Below the pieces are notes generated by a model. That model did not search any database. It was not told the origin of the DNA and saw only the letters and a program-made list of their open reading frames with translations. A program made the position numbers and the translations under genes. Below are positions 41,551-51,967 of a DNA stretch of 64,000 nt, piece by piece (position 1 is the first letter of the stretch; the number at the start of each line of letters is the position of its first letter). Location: assembly GCA_963827235.1 (NCBI GenBank), contig CAWHAE010000010.1:160001-224000 (forward strand), read 5' to 3'. This stretch comes from an uncultured bacterium. GTDB taxonomy: Bacteria; Chloroflexota; UBA5177; JANWHV01.

Positions 41551-42624
41551 CTAATCACCTCCCTTCGAGGCAGAAGCCAGCAGCGGGCAACCGCACGACT
41601 GCCTGATGACGAGAGACGTCTCCACCAGGACCCGCTGGTGCGCAATGCCCGGCTCGACGATGCGAGCGAGAAGTTGTCGAGCCGCGAAGCGTCCGATCGT
41701 GCGCTTGGGGAGGTGGACCGTGGTCAGCGGCACGGAGCTCACCTGGGCGGGCTCGATGTCGTCGAAACCGGTGATCACGATGTCTCTGGGTACCGACATG
41801 CCCGCGGCCTGCACCGCGTCGAGTGCCCCGAGCGCCATTGCGTCGTTGATGGCGAGAATCGCGGTGGGGTTCGATTGCAGTGCTTGCCGCGCCAAGGCAA
41901 AGCCGGTATCGTGCGTCGTCGCATCAGCATGCAACGTGACTACCGGTTTCACCCGCGCCAGCCGAAGGGCTTCGGCGAAACCGCCGCACCGCTCACGGTT
42001 GGAGACCCATTCCTTGGGACCGGCAATCACCGCGATCCGCTTGTGGCCATGGCCCAGCACGTGCTCGGCTATGCGCCGCGCACCCCCGCGATCGTCGCCG
42101 AGTATGGCGTCGATCGTGCTGGGAAACACGGCGTTGTCCACGAGCACGACCGGTACATCCTGTGCGGTGAGCGACAGGATGAATCGCAAGGGCACCCACG
42201 GGCTGGCGACGATCAATCCGTCGACGCGCCGGCTGCGGGCAATGCCCCAATGCTCCGGATGGGCAATATGCTTGTCGGTGAGCGTGGTGACCAGCAGATG
42301 GTAGTCGTGCTCCTGCAATTCTTGCTCTGCGCCAAACATGATCCGGCTATAGAAAGGACCGAAGAACTGGTCGGTAGCAAGTGGCGGTTGGTAGACGGCA
42401 AACCCGATGTTCTCGGTCCGCGTCGTGGCGAGAGATCTAGCCGCGCCGTTTGGCGTGAAGTGCAGGCGAGCTGCCTCCGCCACGATCTCGGCGCGCACTT
42501 CGTCGCTCACTCCAGTCTTGCCGTTGAGAGCCCGCGAGACCGTCGCCGGAGATACTCCCAACCGGCCCGCGATGTCCGCGATCTTGACCACGTACTCAAT
42601 CCTTCCGTAATCGCTTGCGCCCAT
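41551..42624 (-). CDS. LacI family transcriptional regulator
   Basis: KIADIAGRLGVSPATVSRALN, TGFDD, LVIRQSC; true start probably about 42591. Confidence 0.93.
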   Translation of the reverse strand: MGASDYGRIEYVVKIADIAGRLGVSPATVSRALNGKTGVSDEVRAEIVAEAARLHFTPNGAARSLATTRTENIGFAVYQPPLATDQFFGPFYSRIMFGAEQELQEHDYHLLVTTLTDKHIAHPEHWGIARSRRVDGLIVASPWVPLRFILSLTAQDVPVVLVDNAVFPSTIDAILGDDRGGARRIAEHVLGHGHKRIAVIAGPKEWVSNRERCGGFAEALRLARVKPVVTLHADATTHDTGFALARQALQSNPTAILAINDAMALGALDAVQAAGMSVPRDIVITGFDDIEPAQVSSVPLTTVHLPKRTIGRFAARQLLARIVEPGIAHQRVLVETSLVIRQSCGCPLLASASKGGD

Positions 42625-42789
42625 TATTGCGTAGATCCCGTGGCGCTGTCAACTGGGCATGGGATGCCTCCGGCCGCCCCAAGCACCACCGGATTCCAGG
42701 GTAGCCGAGCGCTCAGGCGCTCATGTGTGCTGCTGTGGCTGTTGACAAAGCCGGCATGCTACGAGCATGATTTAGAGCAAGCGATTGCG
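42606..42789. promoter_or_regulatory. Divergent promoters with two LacI operators
   Basis: CGTAATCGCTTGCG (42606-42619) and AGCAAGCGATTGCG (42776-42789) are near inverted copies; TTGACA on minus (42652-42647) and plus (42742-42747) strands. Confidence 0.7.
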
Positions 42790-42809
42790 TTAGCTTTTCT
42801 GGAGGCATT

Positions 42810-43829
42810 GTGAGCGAGAGCGTGATCATCGGAGATCGCCTTCCCAACCTGCCCTGGCAGCCAAAGGCACCGGACTGCCACGATGTCTTCTGGCGCCATC
42901 ACGGTAATCCGCTGACGGGATGGAATCCCACGAAGTCGACGGCGCGCATTTTCAACAGTGCCGTGGTCCCATACGGCGATGGGTTCGCGGGCGTCTTTCG
43001 AGCGGATCACAAGCACGGCAAAGCGGGGCTGCATGCGGGCCGGAGTCAGGATGGGCTGAGCTGGACAATCGAGGATGACGAGATTCACTGGCTGGACGCG
43101 GCAGGGACACCCTACCAACCGGACTACGCATACGACCCGCGTGTGGTGAAGATTGCCGACACATACTTCGTGGTCTGGTGCACGCAGTTTGGCGGTGCCG
43201 CGCTTGGCCTGGGCATGACCAAGGACTTCAGAGAGTTCGTTCGCCTCGAGAACCCTTTCTTGCCCTTCAACCGGAACGGCGTGCTCTTCCCACGGCAAGT
43301 CCACGGGAGCTACCTGCTGCTGAGCAGGCCGAGCGACGATGGCCACACGCCGTTCGGAGATATCTACCTGAGTGAGAGCCGGGACCTCGTGCACTGGGGA
43401 AGGCACAGGCGGGTGATGGCTCGAGGCGGATCGGGATGGTGGCAGAACACAAAGATCGGCGCCGGCCCGGTCCCGATCGAGACCACGCAGGGCTGGCTGC
43501 TGTTCTATCACGGGGTGACGACGACCTGCAACGGTTACGTATACAGCTTCGGCGCGGCGCTGCTCGATCTCGACGAGCCTGCCCGCGTGCTGTACAGAAC
43601 CAGAGATTATCTGATGACCGCGGAGGAACCGTACGAGACTACCGGATTCGTGCCCAACGTCGTGTTTCCCTGTGCCACGTTACAGGACGCCGCGACCGGA
43701 CGGATAGCACTGTATTACGGCGCCGCGGATACGTACGTTGCTCTCGCCTACACCACAATCGACGAGCTCGTTGAACACCTGAAAGAGAACTCGGAGCTCG
43801 TCCCCGGAGACGCCGAGGAGGGGAGGTAA
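42810..43829 (+). CDS. GH130 glycoside phosphorylase (beta-1,4-mannooligosaccharide phosphorylase-like)
   Basis: IFNSAVV, YAYDPRV, PFNRNGVLFP, SRPSDDGHTPFGDI, KIGAG, GFVPNVVFP, YYGAAD. Confidence 0.93.
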   Translation: MSESVIIGDRLPNLPWQPKAPDCHDVFWRHHGNPLTGWNPTKSTARIFNSAVVPYGDGFAGVFRADHKHGKAGLHAGRSQDGLSWTIEDDEIHWLDAAGTPYQPDYAYDPRVVKIADTYFVVWCTQFGGAALGLGMTKDFREFVRLENPFLPFNRNGVLFPRQVHGSYLLLSRPSDDGHTPFGDIYLSESRDLVHWGRHRRVMARGGSGWWQNTKIGAGPVPIETTQGWLLFYHGVTTTCNGYVYSFGAALLDLDEPARVLYRTRDYLMTAEEPYETTGFVPNVVFPCATLQDAATGRIALYYGAADTYVALAYTTIDELVEHLKENSELVPGDAEEGR

Positions 43830-43907
43830 CCGGCATGGCATGGCGTCCCGGCCGTCTTCCTGTCAACTCGGGATGTGCGCGCCATGCCGTGCGCCGGCGA
43901 CGGCAGA

Positions 43908-44045
43908 GGTCAGGGCTTCATGAGTCCGATCGGCTCCGCGCTCTTCGCCCCGGCCTGGTTGGCCGGGATGGCGAAGTAGACGCTCTGGGCATTCTCGCCG
44001 AGCAGGGTGTTGATGCCCACTACCCTGCCGCTCAGATCGAGGAGC
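43908..44045 (-). repeat. Displaced copy of the 3' end of the S1C protease gene (attR-like)
   Basis: 138 bp, about 10 mismatches to 53765-53902; encodes LLDLSGRVVGINTLLGENAQSVYFAIPANQA...LMKP*. Confidence 0.92.
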
Positions 44046-44059
44046 AGGACTGAAGGCGG

Positions 44060-44245
44060 ATGCTTGCGCGGCGGCAGCCAACGTGTCCTCGATCCAGGTG
44101 TTCATAGATTTGCCCTCAGCTTGGGCGGCACGCAGGATCTGTGCATGGAGGACGGGTGACGTGCGCACGACAAACTTGCCGGAGTGGGGCTTGCTGGGCT
44201 GCTTGCCCTATTCGGCGCACACTTCCAGATAGACGTCCACACCGG
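44060..44245 (-). pseudogene. HicB-family antitoxin remnant
   Basis: VDVYLEVCAE*GKQPSKPHSGKFVVRTSPVLHAQILRAAQAEGKSMNTWI; internal TAG and no N-terminus. Confidence 0.8.
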
Positions 44246-44555
44246 TGTGAAACTCCCGCTCAAGGTCGGAGGCGCGGTCTGCACCGTCTGGACGGCGCAG
44301 TTGATCGGCGCGGGGGTCTTCCCGGGGCCGGTCCTCCTGACAAGCCCGGGTTGGCCGAACTGGGGGCCACTATCTACCTGCACGGTCAAGTACATTGGCT
44401 ACATCGACTGCGTGTAGCAGCACGATGATCATGCTCTGCAATGGCATGATATCAGGACGGGGCAGCTGTGTTGGCGTTGCTGAAATGCTGAGGCTGACGC
44501 GCCAGCGCGCTCACGCTGGCGCGTCGGCGCGCGGAGTACTGCGCAAGGAGAGCAG

Positions 44556-45071
44556 GTGGCATCCATCACGACGCTGTATTTCTGTGGCCCTCGCGAGGGC
44601 GAGGATCGAGCCCCGCGGGGCAACTCGAGCAGCAGCGGTCTCAGCCTGCCCGCGCCGGATACCGAGGTATGGTGGTCGATGCGCTTTCCGCACATTGACA
44701 ACCTGGGGACGCTTCTACTGCTAAAGGAGCTTCCGGCGACCGTCGCGCTGTACATACGGCTGGTCGCCCACGGCGATGGGAGCGTGCCCATGCGTATCGT
44801 GGTGGCGGCGGAGGAGCCACCTCTCACCTTGTTGAGCTACGACTTCGATGTGGAGTTCACGCCCGCCGAGCTTGGCCGAGGCCCAGGCTATGTAAGTTGG
44901 GTACGTCGCGTCCCGCGCATGTCGGTGCCCGCGCCGGGGCTCTACTGGCTCAGCGCAACACTCGGCGATGCATCCCCTGTTACCCTACCGCTCTTTGTCG
45001 ATCGCGTGAGCACGTTCCTTGCGGACTGGCACGAGCACATGAGGAAGGTCGGGCCCCGCGTCCACCGCTGA
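44556..45071 (+). CDS. Hypothetical protein (DUF6941-like beta-sandwich)
   Basis: AAGGAG RBS; C-terminal P.PGLYW...LG.....LPL pattern; family call from memory. Confidence 0.5.
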   Translation: MASITTLYFCGPREGEDRAPRGNSSSSGLSLPAPDTEVWWSMRFPHIDNLGTLLLLKELPATVALYIRLVAHGDGSVPMRIVVAAEEPPLTLLSYDFDVEFTPAELGRGPGYVSWVRRVPRMSVPAPGLYWLSATLGDASPVTLPLFVDRVSTFLADWHEHMRKVGPRVHR

Positions 45072-45554
45072 GCGTGCTGTGCCCGAGCGCCGGACGCTCA
45101 AGATGCCGCCGCACATGAGGGAGAGCACTAAAATCCCGGTGGGGCTCAGGCAGCTGCCAGCGTACTATTAGCCACGATAGTTGGCCGAAAACCGGGATAC
45201 CATGATCGAAAGGAGGCTTCCCAGAGGAGTACATTCACAACCGCAAGGCGGCCCGACAACTTGATGCCTACTATCCGCACTGCAACCGTTGGTACGAGCC
45301 AATGGATGCGAACATCGGAATGCACTTCTACTATGATGTCCACGAGCGCCTCGAACGCAGCGAACTGGTGCTGAGCTACACCTTCCTCTAGCTGGTTGGG
45401 AACGCCGCGCTGGCCCCGCACGACGGCTGCCCGCGTCAACCTCCCACCTGTCTGCCCTGAGCCGCATCATCATCCGGAAGCGACCACTCAGTTCATACCG
45501 GTGAGTCTGGTGCAGAGCAAGACGTCCCATATTCGTGAACTGTCATGGCCGGGT

Positions 45555-46130
45555 CCACTCGGTGTCGTACCAATAGCCACGATAGTGCATCTGCCGCGGC
45601 ACCTGCTCGATCACCGTGGTCGGCGCGCCCCACAGGTCGTACGCGTACTGGTCCACCACGTTGCCGCCGCCGTCAACCAGGCCAACCACGCTGCCACGAC
45701 CGTCCAGCAGGTACCAGCAGCGGCTGGTCGTCCCGTTCTGCGTGCGCAGCAGCGCCAGCGGCGAGCCGTCCTGCGCGTAGACGTGGGTATCGAAGTAGCT
45801 CACCGTGCCGCTGATGCTCATCGTCATCTGCACGAGCTGCCCGCCGGCATACTGGAACTGCTCGGAGAGACCGGGCCCGCTCTGGCCTACCCCGGTCACG
45901 CTGTAGCTCGACCGCAGCCCTTCCGCGTTGTAGCTCTGCGCGATCACCGTGCCGCTGAGCGTGGTGGTGCTGGCCAGCCGGCCCTCAGCGTCGTAGGCCA
46001 GGACGTTTCCGCTTTGCAGCACGCCGGAGTTGGTGGGTCTGGTCATGCTCATGATGATATTGCCGTTGTTGTCGTGGCCGTAGCTGGAGGCCGGTGCCGT
46101 GCCGCTCGCCGTCACCGCGAGCAGCGTGAT
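45555..46130 (-). pseudogene. Rhs core fragment 4, truncated before DPxG, no toxin tip
   Basis: YD repeats, WYLLDGRGSVVGL, YAYDLWG, YRGYWYDTE; near-duplicate of 49800-50360. Confidence 0.88.
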
Positions 46131-46195
46131 GCTCTTCGGGTTGTCACAACGAGCCACTGCTCACGCTGCACGATGGCGGCCCGCAGCTTGAGCAG

Positions 46196-46480
46196 TCATT
46201 TGCCGAGAAGTGCCAGAACCAGCTTGGCCAGGCTCCGCACCAGGCCGAAGCTGCATAGGGGGATTCCCCAGAACTTGAACAACCGAACTAGGATCGCTTC
46301 CGTCCGCTGGAGGGCCTCAGGCGTGACATCGTCTTGGCGTTGCCGCAACACGTCGGCGGCTGTTCGCTCAATGATGGATGGGTGGAGTATGAGGAGCATG
46401 AACACCAGTACCATAGCTGCGCAAATGAGGGCGCCAGCGCAAGTTGGCACTACCTCGCTAGCATTCACTCCTGTACCCAT
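46196..46480 (-). CDS. Small two-TM protein, possible orphan immunity protein
   Basis: Two hydrophobic segments; lies inside the Rhs array. Confidence 0.45.
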   Translation of the reverse strand: MGTGVNASEVVPTCAGALICAAMVLVFMLLILHPSIIERTAADVLRQRQDDVTPEALQRTEAILVRLFKFWGIPLCSFGLVRSLAKLVLALLGK

Positions 46481-46689
46481 CCTGCCATCTGAGCGACTAA
46501 ACTACGATGCCGGATGCTCAACTACGTTTCACGACTCCGATCCAGTAAGAGCGATAGCTCGTGCAAACGACGCCGCGTTCTCGTCTCGCGCTTCGTCCCA
46601 CGCTGGATCGAGGATTGGCGCTACTGCACTGCGACGGCTCCTCAAGCAAGGCGAACGGCAAGGCATCGCTCCTCACATGCCCGAGGCTG

Positions 46690-47109
46690 CTACCCACCGG
46701 CGTGGGTTGCCTTTCGTCGACCCAGAAGTAGGTATGGCAGCAGCGCCAGCCAGATGAAGCCGAGTGTCCAGCCCCATGCAAGTGGTATGGCAAGCCACAG
46801 TAGGACCGCTGCCGCCGGGAAGGCGAGCAAGATTCGTGCCGCCCGCTCGGCGGTAGCGGTCAGCGCTGAGTTCTGCCCGTCTGAGCTACCAGCGAGCAGA
46901 CCGCCTGCCGCTGAGCCGCGAAGGCGAGTAGCTGGCGCCAGCGCGACAATCGCAGCACCGACCACAACAAGGGCGACCACCGGGAATGATCGCGGAATTC
47001 TGGGAACGTTCGTAGCTGCCAGGAGTGCAACGAGGCTGCACATTCCAACGACGCAAACACCCTCGAAAACGTACGCTTTGAGAGCCCTGTCGTAGATCTG
47101 CACCGCCAT
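46690..47109 (-). CDS. Four-TM protein, putative immunity for Rhs tip 3
   Basis: GGAGAGG RBS + ATG; four hydrophobic helices; directly downstream of the tip. Confidence 0.6.
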   Translation of the reverse strand: MAVQIYDRALKAYVFEGVCVVGMCSLVALLAATNVPRIPRSFPVVALVVVGAAIVALAPATRLRGSAAGGLLAGSSDGQNSALTATAERAARILLAFPAAAVLLWLAIPLAWGWTLGFIWLALLPYLLLGRRKATHAGG

Positions 47110-47290
47110 CCTCTCCGGCGTGCGCTGACGCACAGTTTGCGGAAACACAGCACGACTCCTCCTTGGGATGTTGTACCAGTGAGAGTGTTCCACTTGCACC
47201 CGGGCTGTTGGTCCTAGCTTGACGTCTGCGAACAGATAATGGGAGCCCTGCCCTATCCGGTCGTGGACTACACGTTCCGGAGCTAGTTGC

Positions 47291-48361
47291 CTAACCGCAC
47301 AGCGACCCACCCAGGCCATACCAAGCCGCAGCCTTCCCTACAAGAACTGAAACGCCACCCGTCCCATAGGCCACAACCACGCCGACAACTGCTATCCCTA
47401 TACTCACTGGTCGCGGGGCGACAAAAACCTTGCATACGTCCGGCAGCGTAGGACTGGGGCCAGCCGGCGGTTCGTCGTTCTCATACGCTTGCTCCAGTTG
47501 TCGCTGCGGGAGTACAGCCGGAGCTGCATACCCGTTCAGCATGATAGGGTACATCGGGCCTGGAGTCGAGCCTGCCCGTCCAATAGGACCCGACCAAGTG
47601 ACCTCGACGCATGCCACACCCTGGGCGTATTGCTTACAGTAGACTCTCGAGTTACCAATGGTCTCGTAGTTCATGCTCATACTCGGTGTGCCAAAGTTCT
47701 CCGGTGCCTTACCGTCTACAGAGGCGCCCACGAACTCCGGAGAATAGCCTGGATAGTCCTTTTCGGCCGTCTCCATCTGAGCGGAGTTCTGATGGATCTC
47801 GGGGTTGGACACACCGTATGGTGCGTTCAGTGTGATGTCGCCTGAGACCGTGATACCTGCCGGAGTGACCTGGTCATGCATGTAGTAGTTGTTACTCGGC
47901 AAGGGTACGTATAGCCGCGTCGGATCGAGTCCCTTGAGGTCGTAGCTATACTGCCAGACGTACTCGTCGCCTTCCCACTCGAAGACGCTGACGCCACCAT
48001 TCGATGGCACGTACGAGTACCCGGTCGAACACTCGCCGCAGGCCGCAAACCCGCTCGGATCGCTTGCGTCCACCGGGTTGTCTCCCGCGTAGGCGTAGCT
48101 GAACTGCCCGTCCTGGCCGCTGGGTTCGGGCTCGACGACGCGCTTGAGCACCGGGTCGTAGGCGCGGATCTGCAGCCAGTACCAGCCCGTCTCGTCGTCG
48201 TACCAGTAGCCACGGTACCGCAGTTGCTGCGGCACCTGCTCGCTGACCGTGGTGGGCAAGCCCCACAGGTCGTAGGCATACTGGTCCACGACCGTCTCGC
48301 TGCCGTCCACGAGTCCCACCACGCTGCCCCGGCCGTCCAGCAGGTACCAGAAGTGGTCCGT
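47291..48361 (-). CDS. Orphan Rhs module 3: core extension + C-terminal toxin tip
   Basis: YRGYWYDDETGWYWLQIRAYDP...NPVDASDPSG, then a unique tip ending in a Gly/Ala-rich hydrophobic segment. Confidence 0.88.
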   Translation of the reverse strand, partial: TDHFWYLLDGRGSVVGLVDGSETVVDQYAYDLWGLPTTVSEQVPQQLRYRGYWYDDETGWYWLQIRAYDPVLKRVVEPEPSGQDGQFSYAYAGDNPVDASDPSGFAACGECSTGYSYVPSNGGVSVFEWEGDEYVWQYSYDLKGLDPTRLYVPLPSNNYYMHDQVTPAGITVSGDITLNAPYGVSNPEIHQNSAQMETAEKDYPGYSPEFVGASVDGKAPENFGTPSMSMNYETIGNSRVYCKQYAQGVACVEVTWSGPIGRAGSTPGPMYPIMLNGYAAPAVLPQRQLEQAYENDEPPAGPSPTLPDVCKVFVAPRPVSIGIAVVGVVVAYGTGGVSVLVGKAAAWYGLGGSLCG

Positions 48362-48381
48362 GCGCTATGTTCCGGCGTGCC

Positions 48382-48846
48382 TCACTTCTGTGCGTCGCAC
48401 TTCCTGGTGACCAGAACAAGATTGCCCACACCCGCGACACTCGGCGCGAACAGCAAGAGCGGGCAGAGGCCCGCGGCGGCTGCCACGCCGTTCATGATGA
48501 GCACGCACTCGAACCCGGCGCATCCTAGCTGTAGCGCCAGCGGGCACACTACCCGCCACCTGAAGTATCGCTGCTTGGCAGGTAGGAAGCCGGAGTACCC
48601 AACTGACCAATGCCAGTAGCTGCCGGCAAGCATAGTCACGACGGCCAGCAGACCTAGCACGCCGGCGAACTCCTCGCTACCCTTTCCATAGTGGTCGCGC
48701 ACAGCCAAGGCGAGGGCCATACCTGACAGGGCCGCCACACAGAGCGCCACGGCTTCGAACCGCCAAGCGCCCGTAATTTCCCCGCACGTCAGCTGTCCAT
48801 CCGGTCTTGCGGTACACACGTCTAGCGTTACCCCTCTTTCAGCCAC
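48382..48846 (-). CDS. Four-TM protein, putative immunity for Rhs tip 2
   Basis: Four hydrophobic segments immediately after the module 2 stop. Confidence 0.6.
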   Translation of the reverse strand: MAERGVTLDVCTARPDGQLTCGEITGAWRFEAVALCVAALSGMALALAVRDHYGKGSEEFAGVLGLLAVVTMLAGSYWHWSVGYSGFLPAKQRYFRWRVVCPLALQLGCAGFECVLIMNGVAAAAGLCPLLLFAPSVAGVGNLVLVTRKCDAQK

Positions 48847-48889
48847 AAGGCGATCTGCAGCTGAACGCCTCAGCTATCTTCAATGTTTA

Positions 48890-50560
48890 TCATGGCTCGC
48901 ACACGTTGTTCGTGAAGCCCTCCGCAGACAAGCTGGTACCGAGCGCTCCAAGCCAGAAGTTGCCGCTGAGCCATCCTGCCGCGGCCACGACTACCCCGAC
49001 ACCTCCGATCGCTACGTCCGCAGGCTTGCCCCAGTGCAGCGCGTGCTCGGCATCGCACACTCCGTAGACACGCGTGGAGTTAGGGGAGTAGACGTTAGGG
49101 TCGCCCAGCGTCAGCTGCATAACTTGCTGCGGCATGATCACGGGCACCGTCGTTACCATCGAGTTGTCCTTTGTCTCCGGCGCGGTCAGATACCAGGGCC
49201 CCCATGCGCTCTGGGTGTACGTGGACTCACCGCAGAGTGCCCCATTACAGACCACCACCGTCTTGTTTTGCACGAGGCCATGACCTATCCCATTCACGTC
49301 CGGGGTGGCCACCGATGGCGGTGCCTTCCCGTCCACACTGGCACCTTCGAACTGGTAGCCCTCAAAGCCTTTCGCGACAGCGCTTTGCAGTGCCTGCGAG
49401 CTGACGCCGATTTGGAGCGAACGTGTTGGCGTCGGAGCCCTGACGGTGATGCCGGCATAAACCGGCTGCTGGTCGTTCGCCACGCGGACCACGTAGGTAC
49501 CGGTCTGCGGAGCAGCGACGCGGCTAGGGTCAAACGGATTATTGTCGGTCGCCACCCACAGCCACTGGGTGCCGTACTGTACGAATGTCTCTACGCCCGA
49601 ATCCGTTGGCAAGCAGGAGTACCCGGTCGAGCACTCGCCGCAGGCCGCAAACCCGCTCGGATCGCTTGCGTCCACCGGGTTGTCGCCCGCATAGGCGTAG
49701 CTGAACTGCCCGTCCTGGCCGCTGGGGTCGGGCTCGACGAACCGTTTGAGCACCGGGTCGTAGGCCCGGATCTGCAGCCAGTACCAGCCCGTCTCGTTGT
49801 CGTACCAATAGCCGCGAGAGCGCAGCTGCCGTGGCACCTGCTCGCTCACCGTGGTCGGCGCACCCCAGAGATCGTACACGTACTGGTCTACCACCGTCGC
49901 ATTGCCATCTACCAGGCCGACCACGCTGCCACGGCCGTCGAGCAGGTACCAGTAGCGGTTGGTCACCCCGTTCTGCGTGCGCAGCAGCTCGAGCGGTGAG
50001 CCGTCCTGCGCGTAGACGTAGGTATCGACGTAGCTCACCGTGCCGCTGATGCTCTTAGTCATCTGCACCAGCTGTCCCCCGGCGTACTGGAACTACTCGC
50101 TCAGACCGGGCACGCTCTGCCCGACGCCGGTCACGCTGTAGCTGTCCCGCAACCTTGCCGCGTTGTAGCTCTGCGCGACCACCGTGCCGTTCAACATGGT
50201 GGTACTGACCAGTCTCCCCTGGGCGTCGCAGGCCAGGACATTCCCGCTCTGCAGGACGCCGGAGTCGGTGGGCCGCGTCATGCCCATGATCGCGTTGCCG
50301 TTGTCGTCGTAGCCGTAGCTGGAGGCCGGCGCCGTGCCGCTCGCCGTGACAGACAGCAGCTCGTTCCCCGTGGCGGCCGCCGCGGCGTAGCTGTAGGTGC
50401 AGGTGATGCCGCTCGTTCCGGACGCGGTCAGGTTGTCGTTCCCGTCGTAGGTCCAGCCCAGCGTGCCGCCCGTGCTCGCAGCGCTCGTCAGGTGGCCGGA
50501 CTGGTCGCGCGCTAACGTCCGCGAAAGCTGGTTGGTCCCGTTCACGGTGTCGCAGCCGAA
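48890..50560 (-). pseudogene. Orphan Rhs module 2: longer core fragment + toxin tip, in-frame TAG at 50093-50095
   Basis: YD repeats (TYDGNDNL, GYDDNGN), LSE*FQY versus LSEQFQY in module 4, DASDPSG, tip with hydrophobic C-terminus. Confidence 0.88.
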
Positions 50561-50816
50561 GTCACCTGACGGCACCGTGTCCCTCGGAGGCTTACTCATC
50601 GGGAGCCCGGTGCTAGCGGTTCCCAGGAAGTGCCGACAAGCGTGGTATCGCACCCGCTGGCATGCTTGAGGAACTGCGCCTACCGGAACCCCTCCTTCGT
50701 GCCCTGCACGAAAGCTGCAGCATTCACACCGAACGGTTCCGCGCCGCAGACAATTACCACGATATGGAGCCATCCTAGTCCGTGATGATCACCGGTGAGC
50801 AAGCCCAACAAGACTG

Positions 50817-51915
50817 CTACACCGTGTCGAACACAGCAACCGTCCCTTGCGGATCGAACTCCGTCACGTGGTTCCAGCTGCCGGCAGTCACCATGACAAT
50901 GGCCTGCGCCTCCTGGCTGTAGCACCAGTCGACTTCGACCACGTCGCCCTTGCGCGTGATGCCTGCCTCCTGGCGCAGCAGCACGCGACCGCTTGAGACA
51001 TCCAGCGCCGTGACTGTGAGCGCAGGCAGATTCGCGGCGTAGAGGACTGCGGCCGACTCATTCAGTGCGAGGGATGATGCGAAGAGGCGTACAGGTGCGA
51101 TGAGGTCCACCGCGCCCGTGCGCGTACTCACACAGACGATGCCCGCGTCGTGTTCCACGTACAGCTGTGAATCCGTCGGCGGTGCAGCACAGCTGGCCTG
51201 GCCTGGCTAGGCCGCCAAACTCCGCTTGCAGCGTGAGTGTGGTATCGTACATCTGCACAACGCCAGTATCATTTCGCAAGATGAACAGCGCGCCCTGGCT
51301 GGCGCTCCCCGTGAGACTTCCGCCGTCCGGCAGTTCGAGGGACGTAAGCACGCGCCCGGCCTGAGCGTCGACGAGCGTCAGGGTGACCCCATGCCGGCTC
51401 GGCCATCGCGGATGCCAGTGGCTGCACAAGTCTACCCAGACGCCAGGCATGAGCTCCAGGGGACATGAGGGTTGGCCATCAAGCACTGTCTGTGCTGCGA
51501 CACGTCTGCGGTGTATGTCGATCGCCACGAGCTCATGACTTGAGCTGAGCCACTCCCCGGTCGCCAGCACGATGGTGCTCCGGTCTGTGGCAAGACCTGC
51601 AGACCGGACGAACTTGTCCACTCGCATCTGGTGCAGGATCGCACCCCCATCTGGATCGACGCTGGTGATCGTGCCGTCCTGTGCGACCGCCAGCAACGGG
51701 CCGGCGGCGCCAACCAGCCCGGCAAACACGGTGCCGCGAGGAAGCTGCTGCAAGCGTGTCACGTCACCGGAGGCAAGGTCCACCGCGAGCAGCGCCGCAT
51801 CCCCGTAGTGGGCGACGAGCGCCCTGTTCGACGCTGCATGCACCGCGACGGCACGCGGCCGATGCCCTGCGGACGTTACAAATCGAGCCGATCGCATCGG
51901 AGTTGTCACATCCAT
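50817..51915 (-). CDS. YncE-like beta-propeller protein, candidate immunity for tip 1 (frameshift near 51170)
   Basis: Repeated blade motifs (PRAVAV, VDLASG, VDAQAG, LDVSSG); removing one T joins ADG to SQLYVEHDAG. Confidence 0.6.
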
Positions 51916-51967
51916 CTTCTCAACTCAGTCGTTAATGCCGCCACAATCCATCACCATCAGTGGCCGA

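Noticed and set aside
45146-45540. Possible toxin tip for Rhs fragment 4
   Set aside because: The core breaks before DPxG and downstream ORFs on either strand are short and unassignable.
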